Source of the DNA: Burkholderiales bacterium
GTDB lineage: Bacteria > Pseudomonadota > Gammaproteobacteria > Burkholderiales > Burkholderiaceae_C
Assembly (NCBI GenBank): GCA_038258415.1
Contig: JBBSPY010000001.1
Location: forward strand, 1-53,765
Length of the DNA: 53,765 nt
Direction: 5' to 3'
Shown here: positions 19,396 through 29,318 of the stretch, one piece after another
Layout: every line of letters starts with the position of its first letter
Position numbering within the stretch: position 1 is the first letter of the stretch
Translations under genes and position numbers: made by a program
Notes under the pieces: generated by a model
Database searches by the model: none
What the model was told of the DNA's origin: nothing
What the model saw: the letters and a program-made list of their open reading frames with translations, nothing else

Positions 19396-20700
19396 TCACT
19401 TCAGCTCGAACGGCGGCAACTTCTTCGCGACTGCGGTGTTCTTGAGGGTTGCATACACCGGCAGGCCGTTGCGATAGGTGGGGTAATCCTCGCCCGCGAT
19501 CAGCGGCAGCAGGTAGGTGCGGCACTTCTCGGTGATGCCGAAGCCGTCGGTGGTGATGAAGTCGCGCGGCATGAACTTCTCGACGTTGGCCACGTCGGCG
19601 AGGTCGGCCTTGCCGATGCGATAGCGATAGGGTGAGTCCGACGTGCGCTCGATCGTCGGCATGACGGCGTTCTCGCCCTTGAGCGCCAGCTCGACGGCGC
19701 GCGCGCCGAGCTCGTACGCCTGCTTCACATCGGTCTTCGAGGCGATGTGCCGCGCCGCGCGCTGCAGGTAGTCGGCCACGGCCCAGTGGAACTTGTGACC
19801 GAGCGCGTCCTTCAGCATCTGCGCGACCACCGGCGCCGCGCCGCCGAGCTGGGCGTGGCCGAATGCATCCTTCGTGCCCTGCTCGGCGAGAAAGCTGCCG
19901 TCGGCGCGGTGCGCACCCTCCGAGACGACGATGGTGCAGTAGCCGTGCGCCTTCACCAGCGTGTCGACGCGGGCGACGAACCTCGCCTCGTCGAACGCGA
20001 TCTCCGGGAACAGCACGACGACCGGGATGCCGTGCGACTCGACGAGCCCACCCGCCGCGGCGATCCAGCCGGCGTGGCGGCCCATCACCTCGAGGACGAA
20101 GACCTTGGTCGAGGTCCGCGCCATCGAGCGCACGTCGAACGACGCTTCGAGCGCCGACACGGCGACGTACTTCGCCACCGAGCCGAAGCCGGGGCAGCAG
20201 TCGGTGATGGGCAGGTCGTTGTCGACGGTCTTGGGAACGTGGATCGCCTGCACCGGGTAGCCGAGCGACTCGGAGAGCTGGCTGACCTTGAAGCACGTGT
20301 CGGCCGAGTCGCCGCCGCCGTTGTAGAAGAAGTAGCCGATGTCGTGGGCGCGGAAGACCTCGATCAGGCGCTCGTACTCGCGGCGGTTGGCGTCGAGCGA
20401 CTTGAGCTTGTAGCGGCACGAGCCGAAGGCGCCCGCCGGCGTCGACCGCAGGGCGCGGATCGCGGCGGCGCTTTCCCTGCCGGTGTCGATGAGGTCCTCG
20501 GTGAGCGCGCCGATGATGCCGTTGCGGCCGGCGTAGACGGTGCCGATCCGGTCGCGGTGGGCCCTCGCGGTCTCGATCAATCCGCACGCCGACGCGTTGA
20601 TGACGGCCGTCACGCCGCCCGACTGCGCGTAGAACGCATTTCGCCGACCGGCGGACTTCTTCGGGGCGGCCTTGCTGGCCTTCTTCGCAGTGCCGGGCAT
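19396..20700 (-). CDS. pfp: 6-phosphofructokinase, pyrophosphate-dependent type
   Basis: AQSGG, GGGDS (Asp at the E. coli G104 position), PKTVDND (Lys) and EVMGRHAGW. Confidence 0.85.
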   Translation of the reverse strand: MPGTAKKASKAAPKKSAGRRNAFYAQSGGVTAVINASACGLIETARAHRDRIGTVYAGRNGIIGALTEDLIDTGRESAAAIRALRSTPAGAFGSCRYKLKSLDANRREYERLIEVFRAHDIGYFFYNGGGDSADTCFKVSQLSESLGYPVQAIHVPKTVDNDLPITDCCPGFGSVAKYVAVSALEASFDVRSMARTSTKVFVLEVMGRHAGWIAAAGGLVESHGIPVVVLFPEIAFDEARFVARVDTLVKAHGYCTIVVSEGAHRADGSFLAEQGTKDAFGHAQLGGAAPVVAQMLKDALGHKFHWAVADYLQRAARHIASKTDVKQAYELGARAVELALKGENAVMPTIERTSDSPYRYRIGKADLADVANVEKFMPRDFITTDGFGITEKCRTYLLPLIAGEDYPTYRNGLPVYATLKNTAVAKKLPPFELK

Positions 20701-20714
20701 GGCGGATGTCCTCG

Positions 20715-23402
20715 TCAGGTTGTAGAGGCGGCGAGCGAACGTTCGACGATCTCCCGCGTGTCGTCGGAGAGCGACGCGTTCTCGGCCACCGAGGCGATCG
20801 CCTCGCGTGCCTTCGCGCGATACGGCTCGGTCAGGCGCGCCCAGCGGTCGAGCGCCCGCGCCGTGCGCGCCGCGATCGACGGGTTGATCGCGTCGAGCTC
20901 GACCACGCGCGCGGCCCAGAACGCGTAGCCGGTGCCGTCGGCGCGGTGCAGGCCGGCGGGGTTACCGGAAACGAAGGCGCCGATGAGGCTGCGCGCCCGG
21001 TTCGGGTTCTTCAACGTGAAGTCGGGATGCGAGCGCAGCGCCTGCACCCGTTCGAAGACGCGCCCGTCGCGCTCGGGGGCGGTCGCCTGCATCGAGAACC
21101 AGGTGTCGACGACGAGCGGGTCGTCGGCGAACCTTCGATGGAAATGGTCGAGCGCGGCGTCCGCGAGGTCCGAGCCGCTGGCGATGAGGGCGCCGAGCGC
21201 ACCCTGCCGGTCGGTCATGTTGGTCGCGTCCTTCACGCGCTGGTAGGCGCGACCGGGCCACGTCGGGTCGCCGCGGCCAACGGCATCGATGCACAGCATC
21301 GTCAGCGCGAGGTTGGCGAGTGCGCGACGGCCGGACTGCGAGGCGTCCGGTGAATAGCCGCCCTCGACCTGGTGAGCGACCCACGCCCGCTCCCAGTCGT
21401 CGCGAAGCATCTCGGCGAGGCCGGCCTTCATCGCCTCGCGCATGGCATGCACGCGCTGCGGGTCGACGCGGTCGAGTTGCTCCGACACGTAGACCTCGCT
21501 CGGCAGCATCAACACGAGGCTCTTGAACTTCGGGTCGAGCGACGGGTGCACGAGAACCGCCCGCATCGCGTCGACGAACGCGGGGTCGAGCTCCGGCGCG
21601 ATGCCTTCGCCTTCGGACCGGACGGCGCGAACGATGCGGTCGAGCGCGAGCCGCTGCCCGGCTTCCCAGCGTGCGTAGCCGTCGGCGTCGTGGGCGAGCA
21701 GGGTGATCAGGTCGGCGTCGGCGAGGTCGTCGACGAGCACCACCGGTGCCGAGAAGCCCCGCATCAGCGACGGCACGACCGGCCGCTCGACGTCCACGAA
21801 GGTGAAGAAGGCGCGCGGTTCGTCGAGCACGAGCACGCGGCTCGTCGCACCCGCTCCAGCGGCGTCGGCGGGCTCGTCTTCCAGGCGAAGCGCGACCGGC
21901 GTGCCTTCGTCGCCGACGAGCCCCATCGAGATCGGCACGACGAACGGCAACTGACCTTCGCTGCCGGCCTGCTCGAGGCCCAGCGTGTAGGTTCGCGAGG
22001 GCGCGTCGTAGCGGCCGCGGGCGGTGACGCGGGGTGTGCCGGGCTGCGCATACCAGCGCTTGAACGCGGGCAGGCGCGCTGCGAGGTCGCTGCCGGGGTT
22101 GGCATCGGCGATGGCCTGGGCGAAGTCGTCGCAGGTCACGGCGTGCCCGTCATGACGCTCGAAGTAGAGCGTCATACCGCGCGCGAATCCGGCGCGACCG
22201 ACCAGTGCCTGCATCATGCGAACGACCTCGGCGCCCTTCTCGTAGACCGTGGGCGTGTAGAAGTTGTCGATCGCGACGTAGCTGTCGGGCCGCACCGGGT
22301 GCGCCATCGGGCCCGCGTCTTCCGGGAACTGGTACTGGCGCAGGCGCCGCACGTCCTCGATCCGCTTGACGGCGCGCGCGCTCGCCGTCTCGAGCAGGTC
22401 CATGCTGAACTCTTGGTCGCGAAAGACCGTGAGGCCTTCCTTCAGGCTCAGCTGGAACCAGTCGCGGCAGGTGATGCGGTTGCCGGTCCAGTTGTGGAAG
22501 TACTCGTGGCCGACGACGGCTTCGATGTCGGCGTAGTCGTCGTCGGTCGCGGTCGATGGCTGGGCCAGGACGTACTTCGTGTTGAAGATGTTGAGACCCT
22601 TGTTCTCCATCGCCCCCATGTTGAAGTCGCCGACGGCGACGATCATGAAGCGCTCGAGGTCGAGCGGCAGACCGAACCGCGCTTCGTCCCAGACGATGGC
22701 CGACACCAGCGACCGCATCGCGTGCTCGGTCTTGTCGAGATCGCCGCGCCGCACCCACACCTGCAGCAGGTGGTTCCTGCCGGCGCGCGAGCGGATGTGC
22801 TGCTCGCGGGCCACGAGATCGGCGGCGACGAGCGCGAACAGGTAGCTGGGCTTGGGAAACGGGTCGTGCCACTTCGCGTAGTGGCGGCCGCCGTCGAGGT
22901 CGCCCTGTTCGACGAGGTTGCCGTTGGACAGCAGCACCGGATAGACGGCCTTGTCGGCGCGCAGGGTCACCGTGTACTCGGCCATCACGTCGGGCCGGTC
23001 GAGGAACCAGGTGATGCGGCGAAATCCTTCGGCCTCGCACTGCGTGAAGAAGCCGCCGCCGGAGTTGTAGAGGCCCGAGAGCTGCGTGTTCTTCTCCGGC
23101 GCGCAGGTGTTTCGGATCTCGAGCGTGAACGGTCGTTCGGGAAGCCCGTCGATGACGACGAACCCGTCGTCGTGGCGAAACGAAACCGAAGCGCCGTCGA
23201 CGAGGCAGCGGCTGAGCGTGATGCCCTCGCCCTGCAGGCGAAGCGGCGCAGCCGCGACGTCGGCGTTGCGCTCGATCTTCATCCGGCTCGTGACCCGCGT
23301 TTTCGCCGGGTCGAGGTCGAACGTGAGGTCGACGCTGCGGATCCAGTAGGGTGGCGCCGCGTAGTCTTCGCGGCGAACGATGGGGGCGGTGCCTTCGCGC
23401 AT
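20715..23402 (-). CDS. pepN: Aminopeptidase N
   Basis: M1 peptidase motifs GAMENKG and HEYFH...LKEG. Confidence 0.96.
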   Translation of the reverse strand: MREGTAPIVRREDYAAPPYWIRSVDLTFDLDPAKTRVTSRMKIERNADVAAAPLRLQGEGITLSRCLVDGASVSFRHDDGFVVIDGLPERPFTLEIRNTCAPEKNTQLSGLYNSGGGFFTQCEAEGFRRITWFLDRPDVMAEYTVTLRADKAVYPVLLSNGNLVEQGDLDGGRHYAKWHDPFPKPSYLFALVAADLVAREQHIRSRAGRNHLLQVWVRRGDLDKTEHAMRSLVSAIVWDEARFGLPLDLERFMIVAVGDFNMGAMENKGLNIFNTKYVLAQPSTATDDDYADIEAVVGHEYFHNWTGNRITCRDWFQLSLKEGLTVFRDQEFSMDLLETASARAVKRIEDVRRLRQYQFPEDAGPMAHPVRPDSYVAIDNFYTPTVYEKGAEVVRMMQALVGRAGFARGMTLYFERHDGHAVTCDDFAQAIADANPGSDLAARLPAFKRWYAQPGTPRVTARGRYDAPSRTYTLGLEQAGSEGQLPFVVPISMGLVGDEGTPVALRLEDEPADAAGAGATSRVLVLDEPRAFFTFVDVERPVVPSLMRGFSAPVVLVDDLADADLITLLAHDADGYARWEAGQRLALDRIVRAVRSEGEGIAPELDPAFVDAMRAVLVHPSLDPKFKSLVLMLPSEVYVSEQLDRVDPQRVHAMREAMKAGLAEMLRDDWERAWVAHQVEGGYSPDASQSGRRALANLALTMLCIDAVGRGDPTWPGRAYQRVKDATNMTDRQGALGALIASGSDLADAALDHFHRRFADDPLVVDTWFSMQATAPERDGRVFERVQALRSHPDFTLKNPNRARSLIGAFVSGNPAGLHRADGTGYAFWAARVVELDAINPSIAARTARALDRWARLTEPYRAKAREAIASVAENASLSDDTREIVERSLAASTT

Positions 23403-23434
23403 GGGGTGAAGTCTCGGTGTGGGTTCTGTGCGCG

Positions 23435-23746
23435 TCAGACGAACGTCGTGACGCGCAGGCCCGCAGCGCGCGCGAACTGGCGGTCGTCCGTTGCGAGGGG
23501 GTGCAACGAGAAGAAGCCGCTGCGCAGATCGTCGTCTATCCGCAGGCGCACCTTGGCCCGATGGATCGCCCGGGAGCCTTGCTCCGCGGCCCTGCGGCGA
23601 AGCGCCGACTCGAGCTCGACGACCAGGAGCTCGCTCAGGACGAACCGATGCTCCGCCCGCTCGAGCAAGGCTTCGACTTTCTCCGGCTCGGGCGCGGGCA
23701 GGTCGCGCTTCGCGAGAACGCTGGTGTCGAGGGAGACGGTGCTCAC
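23435..23746 (-). pseudogene. VapC/PIN-domain toxin with internal in-frame deletion
   Basis: N-terminal LDTSVLAK, ELESAL and C-terminal ATDDRQFARAA are present, but the protein is only 103 aa and lacks the DALH-type helix; GTGA overlap with the upstream gene. Confidence 0.7.
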
Positions 23747-23927
23747 CGCCGGTCGCGCTCCTCGCGGATGAGTTGCTCGATGGGGATGTCGCTCATCGGC
23801 ATCGTCTCGCGAAAAGCCGTGCGATGGGCTCGCCGTTGGACACGAGCAGCACTTCGCCTTCCTCGGCCAGCGATTCCTTCAGACGCGGCGCTCCCTGGCG
23901 CAGCTCCCGGACATTCATGGTCTTCAT
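23743..23927 (-). pseudogene. Phd/YefM-type antitoxin, frameshifted
   Basis: ATG 23927 gives MKTMNVRELRQGAPRLKESLAEEGEVLLVSNGEPIARL then FARRCR* (stop 23793-23795). The antitoxin-like tail AFRETMPMSDIPIEQLIREERDRR* lies in the -1 frame. Confidence 0.75.
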
Positions 23928-23961
23928 CGGGCTCTCGATGTCGAGGTGTCACGCACTTTAC

Positions 23962-25066
23962 TCACACGCCTTGCTTCAGGCTCGCTTCGATGAACGGATC
24001 GAGGTCGCCGTCGAGAACCTTCTGCGTCGCGCTGACCTCGACGTTGGTGCGCAGGTCCTTGATGCGGCTCTGGTCGAGCACGTAGCTCCGGATCTGGTGG
24101 CCCCAGCCGACGTCGGTCTTGCTGTCCTCGAGCTTTTGCTGCGCCGCCATGCGGATGCGCATCTCGTGTTCGTACATGCGTGAGCGCAGCATCTGCCATG
24201 CCTCGTCGCGGTTGCGGTGCTGCGAGCGGTCGTTCTGGCACTGCACGACGATGCCGGTCGGAATGTGCGTGAGGCGCACCGCCGAGTCGGTCTTGTTGAT
24301 GTGCTGGCCGCCTGCGCCCGAGGCCCGGAAGGTGTCGGTGCGCACGTCGGCCGGGTTGATGTCGATCTCGATCGAGTCGTCGACCTCGGGATAGACGAAC
24401 ACGCTCGCGAAGCTGGTGTGCCGGCCTCCCGCGGAATCGAACGGACTCTTGCGCACCAGCCGGTGCACGCCGGTCTCGGTGCGCAGCAGGCCGAATGCGT
24501 AGTCGCCCTCGACCTTGATCGTCGCGCTCTTGATGCCGGCGACATCGCCCTCGCTCTCCTCCATCACCTCGGTCTTGAAGCCCTTGCGCTCGCAGTAGCG
24601 CAGGTACTGGCGCAGCAGCATCTGGCACCAGTCGCAGGCCTCGGTGCCGCCGGCGCCGGCCTGCAGGTCGACGAAGCAGTTGCTCGGGTCGGCGGGGTTG
24701 TTGAACATGCGCCGGAACTCGAGCTCGGCGACCGCCTTGTCGAGCTTGCTGGCGTCGTCCTCGATCGCCTTCAGGCCGTCGAAGTCGCCTTCGGCCTTCG
24801 ACATCCCGAACAGCTCGGTGTTGTCCGAGAGGTTGGACGTCAGGTGGTCGATGGTCTCGACGACGGTATCGAGCTGCCGCTTTTCGCGGCCCAGCTCCTG
24901 CGCGCGCTTCGGTTCGTCCCAGACCTTGGGGTTCTCGAGCGCAGCGTTGACCTCGTTCAGCCGCAGCAGTTTGCGGTCGTAGTCAAAGATACCTCCGAAG
25001 CGCTTCGGTGCGCTCGGAGAGGTCGGAGAGGTGGTTGCCGATCGAATTGACGTGCTCGATGTCCAT
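23962..25066 (-). CDS. prfB: Peptide chain release factor 2 (programmed +1 frameshift)
   Basis: ORF1 [27 protein letters not shown] ends at CTT TGA C; ORF2 continues DYDRKL... and carries the SPF and GGQ motifs. Confidence 0.97.
24982..24997 (-). other. prfB frameshift cassette CGGAGG-TAT-CTT-TGA-C
   Basis: Internal SD-like sequence, 3-nt spacer, slippery CTT T and a UGA C stop. Confidence 0.95.
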
Positions 25067-25078
25067 GGGGCTTTCTTC

Positions 25079-26038
25079 TCAGGCGTCGCTGCGCGCGGAA
25101 TCGGGCGTTGGCGAAGGGCGCGATTCTGACAGGAAGCCCTCGACCAGACGGGCCACGTCCTCCGGCCGGTCGTGATGCAGCATGTGCCCGGCCGGCGAGA
25201 CGATGTGCCGCTCGACGTCTCGCACCTGCGCCAGCCGCTCGTGGAACTCGGTCTTGGTGTAGCGCGTGCCCCACCAGCCGGACAGGTCGGTGCGATCGCC
25301 TTCGATCCAGAGCACGGGTGCCTCGATGCGCCGCCAGCTGGCGAGCCATTCGTCGACCTGGGCTTGCTGCGGGCTCGAGCGCTTGTGATTCGGGTCGGCG
25401 CGCAGGTGGCGCTGACCGTCGGTCGCGCACGTGAGCGAAGCCGACCATTCACCCGCGAGCCAGCGCGCGCGGTCTTCGCGCAGCAGCGGGTTGGTCTTGC
25501 GCAGCCGCTCGGCGACGGCGTCGATCGACGCGTACGGGCGCAACTGCTCGGTGGTGGCGAGCGAATCGAGCCAGCGGGCGATGCGCGCCGGCGCTTCGTC
25601 GGGCGTCGTGCGTGGCATGCCGAAGCCCTCGAGGTTGACCAGCCGTCGCACCCGCCCGGGCCGGACGCCGGCATAGAGCATCGCGACGTTGCCGCCCATG
25701 CTGTGCCCCAGCAAGTCGACTGTCGCGCCGTCGCCGAAGAGAGCCGCGAGCAGGCGGTCGAGGTCGCCCAGGTACTCGTGGAAGAAATAGGTGTCGGCCG
25801 CGGGTGTGTCGGTGCCGCCGAAGCCGCGCCAGTCAATGGCGACGACGTGACGGTCGGCCTCGAACGCGTCGACGACGAACTGGAACGACGCCGCCACGTC
25901 CATCCAGCCGTGCAGCATGACGAGCGGCGGCATCGTGGGCGACGGGGTTCCCCACTCGAGCAGATGGTGGCTCAGGCCGCGCGCGCCGACGTGGCGGCTC
26001 GTCGGCACGCGGCGGGGTCGATAGGGGGCATTGCGCAT
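25079..26038 (-). CDS. Alpha/beta hydrolase
   Basis: HGWMD, DWRGFG, GHSMGG nucleophile elbow and GHMLHH. Confidence 0.9.
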   Translation of the reverse strand: MRNAPYRPRRVPTSRHVGARGLSHHLLEWGTPSPTMPPLVMLHGWMDVAASFQFVVDAFEADRHVVAIDWRGFGGTDTPAADTYFFHEYLGDLDRLLAALFGDGATVDLLGHSMGGNVAMLYAGVRPGRVRRLVNLEGFGMPRTTPDEAPARIARWLDSLATTEQLRPYASIDAVAERLRKTNPLLREDRARWLAGEWSASLTCATDGQRHLRADPNHKRSSPQQAQVDEWLASWRRIEAPVLWIEGDRTDLSGWWGTRYTKTEFHERLAQVRDVERHIVSPAGHMLHHDRPEDVARLVEGFLSESRPSPTPDSARSDA

Positions 26039-26075
26039 GGAGTCACTGTAAGCGGCGGGGCAGAATGTTCGTGCC

Positions 26076-26579
26076 ATGAACGACGATGCCGCCGGCTCGA
26101 TCCGCGCTGCCGAGCCGCGAGACGCCACGGCGATCGTCGGCCTCATCGCTCGGCTCGCCGCGTTCGAACGTCTCGAGCACCTCGTCGAGGTCACGCCCGA
26201 GTCGCTCGCGCCGCACCTGTTCGGCGACCGGCCCGCGGCCGAGGCGCTGGTGGCCGAGCGCGACGGGCGGATCGTCGGCTTCGCGCTGTACTTCACCAAC
26301 TTCTCGACCTTCCTCGGCAAACCGGGTCTCTACCTCGAAGACCTGTTCGTGGAGCCGCCCTGGCGCGGCCGCGGCATCGGCCGGGCGCTGCTGCGGCGCC
26401 TGGGCCGGCTGGCCGTCGAACGCGGCTGCGGTCGCTTCGAATGGAGCGTGCTCGACTGGAACGAGCACGCGATCGGCTTCTACCAGTCGATGGGGGCCGC
26501 GGTGATGCCCGAGTGGCGGATCTGCCGCGTCACCGGCGACGCGCTCGCCGCGTTCGCCGACACGCCGCCATCGTCGTGA
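26076..26579 (+). CDS. GNAT N-acetyltransferase (diamine acetyltransferase-like)
   Basis: FSTFLGKPGLYLEDLFV, RGRGIG and WSVLDWN...FY motifs. Confidence 0.9.
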   Translation: MNDDAAGSIRAAEPRDATAIVGLIARLAAFERLEHLVEVTPESLAPHLFGDRPAAEALVAERDGRIVGFALYFTNFSTFLGKPGLYLEDLFVEPPWRGRGIGRALLRRLGRLAVERGCGRFEWSVLDWNEHAIGFYQSMGAAVMPEWRICRVTGDALAAFADTPPSS

Positions 26580-28276
26580 CGAACGTCGTCGACCGCTACG
26601 ACGCGTTGCACGCGGGCTTCCGCTGGCTCGTTCCGGAGCGATTCAACATCGCCGAGGTCTGCTGTGCCCGGTGGGCCCGCGAGCGGCCCGACGCCGTTGC
26701 GATCCGCGCCGACCACGAGAACGGCACGCGTTCGCTGCACCGCTACCGCGAGCTCGACGCCGACAGCCGCCGCCTTGCCGACGCGCTCGTCGAGCTCGGC
26801 GTGGGCCGCGGCGACCGGGTCGCGATCGTCATGCCGCAGCGCTTCGAGACGGCGGTCGCCTACATGGCGGTGCTGCGCATCGGCGCGGTGGCGATGCCGC
26901 TTTCGATGCTGTTCGGCCCCGAGGCGCTCGAATACCGCATCGGCGACAGCGGCGCGCGCATCGCGCTCGTCGACGAGACCGGCATCGACAACCTGCTCGC
27001 GGCGCGGCAGGCGTGTGGGTCGCTCGAACGCATCGTCTGTGTCGGCGGCGCGCGCGGGCGGGGAGACCTCGACTGGGACGACGTGCTGGCGCGGGCAGGA
27101 AAGCATGCGGTCGATCACGAGTGGCCTGGTGTGGCGGACACCGCCGCCGACGACCCCGCGGTGCTCATCTACACGAGCGGCACGACGGGCCCTCCAAAGG
27201 GCGCGCTCATCCCGCACCGGGTGCTGATCGGCAACCTGCCGGGCTTCGTGTGCAGTCAGAACTTCTTCCCGCAGGACGACGCGGTGTTCTGGTCGCCCGC
27301 TGACTGGGCCTGGACGGGCGGCCTGATGGACGCGCTGCTGCCGACGCTGTACTTCGGCCGCGAGATCGTCGCCTGGCAAGGCCGCTTCTCGCCGGAGGTC
27401 GCGTTTGCGCTGATGGAGCGCCATCGCGTCACCCACACGTTCCTGTTCCCGACGGCGCTGAAGGCGATGATGAAGGCGATCCCGGCGCCGCGCGACCATC
27501 ACGCACTGCACCTGCGCGCGATCATGAGCGCCGGCGAGGCGGTCGGCGACGCGGTCTTCGCCTGGTGCCGCGATGCCCTCGGCGTCGTTCCGAACGAGAT
27601 GTTCGGGCAGACCGAGATCAACTACATCGTCGGCAACAGCGCCGCCTTGTGGCCCGCCCGGCCGGGCAGCATGGGTCGCCCCTACCCGGGGCACCGCGTC
27701 ACCGTGCTCGACGACGCCGACCGCGAATGCGCAAGGGGGACCCCCGGCGACGTCGCCCTGCACCGTCGCGACCGGTACGGCCACGACGACCCCGTCTTCT
27801 TCCTCGGCTACTGGAACCGCGACGACGCGACGCGTGACAAGTTCACCGGGGACGCCGGCGACAGCTGGTGCCGCACGGGCGACATTGCGGTCATGGACGA
27901 GGAGGGATATCTCTGGTACCAGGGCCGCAGCGACGACGTCTTCAAGGCAGCCGGCTACCGCATCGGCCCCAGCGAGGTCGAGAACTGCCTCGTGAAGCAC
28001 CCAGCGGTCGTCAACGCGGCCGTCGTTCCGAAACCCGACGCGGCGCGGGGCACGCTCGTCAAGGCCTATGTCGTGCTGGCGCCGGGTCAGGTCGCCTCAC
28101 CGTCATTGGCCCGGGAGCTTCAGGCGCACGTGCGCGGCAAGCTGGCACCTTACGAATATCCGAAGGAGGTCGAGTTCATCGACGCCTTGCCGATGACGAC
28201 CACCGGCAAGGTGCTGCGCCGTGTGTTGCGGCTGCAGGAGGAAGAGCGCGCCGGACGGCCCCCGACCTCCTCGTGA
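26576..28276 (+). CDS. Acyl-CoA synthetase (AMP-forming)
   Basis: YTSGTTGPPKG, FGQTE, TGD and LPMTTTGKV; GTGA overlap with the GNAT gene. Confidence 0.92.
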   Translation: MTNVVDRYDALHAGFRWLVPERFNIAEVCCARWARERPDAVAIRADHENGTRSLHRYRELDADSRRLADALVELGVGRGDRVAIVMPQRFETAVAYMAVLRIGAVAMPLSMLFGPEALEYRIGDSGARIALVDETGIDNLLAARQACGSLERIVCVGGARGRGDLDWDDVLARAGKHAVDHEWPGVADTAADDPAVLIYTSGTTGPPKGALIPHRVLIGNLPGFVCSQNFFPQDDAVFWSPADWAWTGGLMDALLPTLYFGREIVAWQGRFSPEVAFALMERHRVTHTFLFPTALKAMMKAIPAPRDHHALHLRAIMSAGEAVGDAVFAWCRDALGVVPNEMFGQTEINYIVGNSAALWPARPGSMGRPYPGHRVTVLDDADRECARGTPGDVALHRRDRYGHDDPVFFLGYWNRDDATRDKFTGDAGDSWCRTGDIAVMDEEGYLWYQGRSDDVFKAAGYRIGPSEVENCLVKHPAVVNAAVVPKPDAARGTLVKAYVVLAPGQVASPSLARELQAHVRGKLAPYEYPKEVEFIDALPMTTTGKVLRRVLRLQEEERAGRPPTSS

Positions 28277-28306
28277 TCCACTTGCGAGCGGGCAGGGCCC
28301 GCCGCG

Positions 28307-28747
28307 TCATTTCACCTGACCGCGGAGCTCGCCGCCGGGATGAGCCGCCGTGTGCAGGTTGATGTACCACATGCCCGACTTCAGCTGCTCGGCCTGAGCC
28401 GCGGTGATCGTCGCGGTGCCGCTGATGGGGCTCGCCATCGAGCCGGTGAACGGGACGACGACGCCCGCGTTCGATCCCGGCAGGGCCGGGCCGTGGAAGT
28501 GACCTGCGGTCACAGGTCCGGTCGTGCCGGAGTACGAGACCGTATAGCGCAGCGTGCTGCCGTCGAGCTCGACCTTCGCCGAGCCGGAGCCCGAACTGGA
28601 GTTGGGAGGCACTTCGTTGGCGGCCGAGAGCGGCACCGTCATCGAGTTGGCCATCATCTTGTCCGACTTCATCATCGAGCCGCAGGCCGCGAGGGCGAGC
28701 GCACTGGACGCCAAGGCTAAGGCGAGGGCAGTACGACGTACGTTCAT
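28307..28747 (-). CDS. CHRD-domain lipoprotein
   Basis: Lipobox LAAC; NEVPP, GHFHGPA and YINLHT...GELRGQ; GGAG RBS. Confidence 0.9.
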   Translation of the reverse strand: MNVRRTALALALASSALALAACGSMMKSDKMMANSMTVPLSAANEVPPNSSSGSGSAKVELDGSTLRYTVSYSGTTGPVTAGHFHGPALPGSNAGVVVPFTGSMASPISGTATITAAQAEQLKSGMWYINLHTAAHPGGELRGQVK

Positions 28748-28894
28748 GTGGATCTCCATCCGGTGGTGTTTGGGTTCGGGTGGCACGGGCGTGCTCCGTG
28801 CCCTACCGTACGGCCGAGGCGGGGCGGCGGATGCAGGACGGCGCCTCGTCCGGCCCGTTGACGAGTCGCATGTTCACGCGGCGACAATCGGCGC

Positions 28895-29314
28895 ATGACC
28901 GTTTCGCCCCACGCGGCCGAACCCAGCACGGAAGGCCCGGCGCTGCGCCGCTTCCGCGACCCGACGCACCGCCCCGAAGGCGCCACGCTCGGCGAATTGC
29001 GAAGCCGCATCGATTCGATCGACGGGCAGGTCGTGTCGTTGCTCGCCGAGCGAGCGCGGTGCGTGCGCGACGCGACACGCTTCAAGCGCGACGCGTATGC
29101 CGTCGCCGCCCCCGAGCGCCAGGCGTCGGTTTTCGCCCGCGTGCGCTCGCTCGCCGAGGCGGGCGCCGCCGATTTCCCGCCGCTGCCCGACGTCGTCGAG
29201 GCCGCCTATCGCACCCTTGTCGCCGGCTTCGTCGCCGCCGAAGGGCGATTCTTCGAAGAGACCGAGCCGATCGTGACAGGCTCGCCGCGTGACCATCAAC
29301 ATCAGGAGACCTGA
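28895..29314 (+). CDS. AroQ-fold chorismate mutase / isochorismate-pyruvate lyase (PchB-like)
   Basis: LRSRIDSID...LLAER...ATRFKRD...APER pattern of CM type 2; the RFK/APER loop resembles PchB. Confidence 0.8.
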   Translation: MTVSPHAAEPSTEGPALRRFRDPTHRPEGATLGELRSRIDSIDGQVVSLLAERARCVRDATRFKRDAYAVAAPERQASVFARVRSLAEAGAADFPPLPDVVEAAYRTLVAGFVAAEGRFFEETEPIVTGSPRDHQHQET

Positions 29315-29318
29315 CCGC

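Noticed and set aside
28809-28835. ECF-like promoter TGCATCC-N16-CGTA upstream of the CHRD gene
   Set aside because: Plausible, but the spacing does not match the similar elements near 441-466 and 40270-40298, and no sigma factor is in the window, so a shared regulon cannot be supported.
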